NCBI GenBank assembly: GCA_964016885.1
Contig: OZ024740.1
Location: forward strand, 239,444,001 to 239,508,000
Source: Eledone cirrhosa
Taxonomy: Eukaryota
DNA length: 64,000 nt
Direction: 5' to 3'
In this document: positions 62,843 to 64,000 of the stretch, in pieces
Layout of the letters: each line of letters opens with the position of its first letter
Position numbering within the stretch: position 1 is the first letter of the stretch
Program-made: the position numbers and the translations under genes
Notes under the pieces: model-generated
Told to the model about the DNA's origin: nothing
Seen by the model: only the letters and a program-made list of their open reading frames with translations
Database searches by the model: none

Positions 62843-63818
62843 TGTCGCATGATCGGCGACTAAACCGACAACCCCACCAAGTTTACTTGGTGAGGAGGGT
62901 GATTTTGGACACCCTGCAGGACAAAAAACAAAACCCGACAAAGGGTGGAAGAACTCATAAGAGTCAACGGCCATCCAAAAGTGTGTAAATATGTATATAC
63001 ACATGTACCGCGCATTGTCAGCGCATTCTTCTAGGAGAAAGCAACTCATGAAACTGGGATAACTCCGACATAAAACCTGCGGCTCAGTAGTTACCGATGA
63101 TGTTGATCTTTTCTTCTTTTCGGGTTATAGCTACTGTCGCTCAGAGAGTGGGATTGGCTCAGTGCACAGTCTTTCCTCATTTTAAAAAATATCTTCACGC
63201 ACAGACATTGCACGATAGAATTAATTAATAATTATTAATAATGGTATATCGTGCAATGGCCATACTCGATAACGAGGGGGCAGCTATCATGTATGTATGG
63301 ACGCTTTTGAGTGCTACTTGTAACATGTAACTCAGTACAACCTATCTCATGATTGGGTTGTCGGCAACTAAACCGGCAACCCCACCAAGCTTGCTTTGTG
63401 ACAAGGGTGATATTTGGACACCCTGCGGGATGAAATACAAGACCAGGCGAAGGGCGGAGGAACTCAACAGAGTCAAAGGCCATCCAAAGAGTATATATTT
63501 TTTTCACCTGGGAGTGAAAGGCCCCCAGTTGTTGTCACAACACCTTTCTCAGAGAGGGAAACTCTGGAAAAAAACCTGCGGCTTCAGAAGCATCCGATGA
63601 TGTTGACCAGTTCTCCTTTTCGGGTAGTGTTTTCGATGCTCAGAGAGTGGGATTGGTCGAGTGCAAGGCCTTTCCCCACTTAAAAAACCTTGAAAGCACA
63701 GGCATTGCTTGCTCAGGTTATGCTACAACTTCGTGCGGCTGGCCGTGGTCTAAAAGTGCACCATTTTCTGTAATCTGACAAGCGATTGCAATACTCTTAG
63801 CAGAGTTTACAACCATCA
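62843..63818 (+). mobile_element. Two copies of the microsatellite-embedded repeat (partial 62843-63215; subfamily b 63298-63818)
   Basis: Homologous to 6110-6631 and 3575-4184. Each is preceded by (TATG)n. Confidence 0.8.
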
Positions 63819-64000
63819 TGTATGCATGTGTGCATATATGTATGTGTGTGTGTATGCATGTCTGTATGCATGCATGCAAGCACACACACATACATACATA
63901 CACACACACACATGATCCTTCATTAAAGTTCGGTCGCTTTCAATTAAAAAGAATATGTTTTGATAATATTTTATGTGACTATGATCGATTCGTTTAGATA

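Overview
This is eukaryotic, AT-rich, microsatellite-saturated DNA. The SINE and repeat content suggests an invertebrate, probably an octopus-like cephalopod (inference). No host protein-coding gene is recognisable, and most ORFs in the track are (TA)n/(TACA)n/(TG)n artefacts or antisense shadows. The first ~29 kb is a graveyard of old elements. It holds Penelope-like GIY-YIG fragments, minimal hammerhead ribozymes in pLTR-like repeats, RTE, CRE-like and pogo-like remnants, a deleted Helitron with exact ends, two tRNA-SINE families, a ~600-bp microsatellite-embedded repeat and several fold-backs. From ~29 to ~60.9 kb the window is almost entirely a nested array of two unrelated non-LTR retrotransposons joined by (TTA)n tracts. 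One is an R4/Dong-type RT-RLE element, always on the minus strand, with one intact 1130-aa copy and many 5'-truncated copies. The other is a Tx1/L1-type ORF1 + APE-RT element, always on the plus strand, with one intact copy and three damaged ones. The Tx1-type element ends in (TTA)n, not poly(A). It shares a spaced 3'-terminal motif (CCTTGTG-N8-AGAAA-NN-ATTATT) with the dominant tRNA-SINE. This points to a microsatellite-targeting LINE/SINE pair that shares a self-renewing target with Dong by using the opposite strand.
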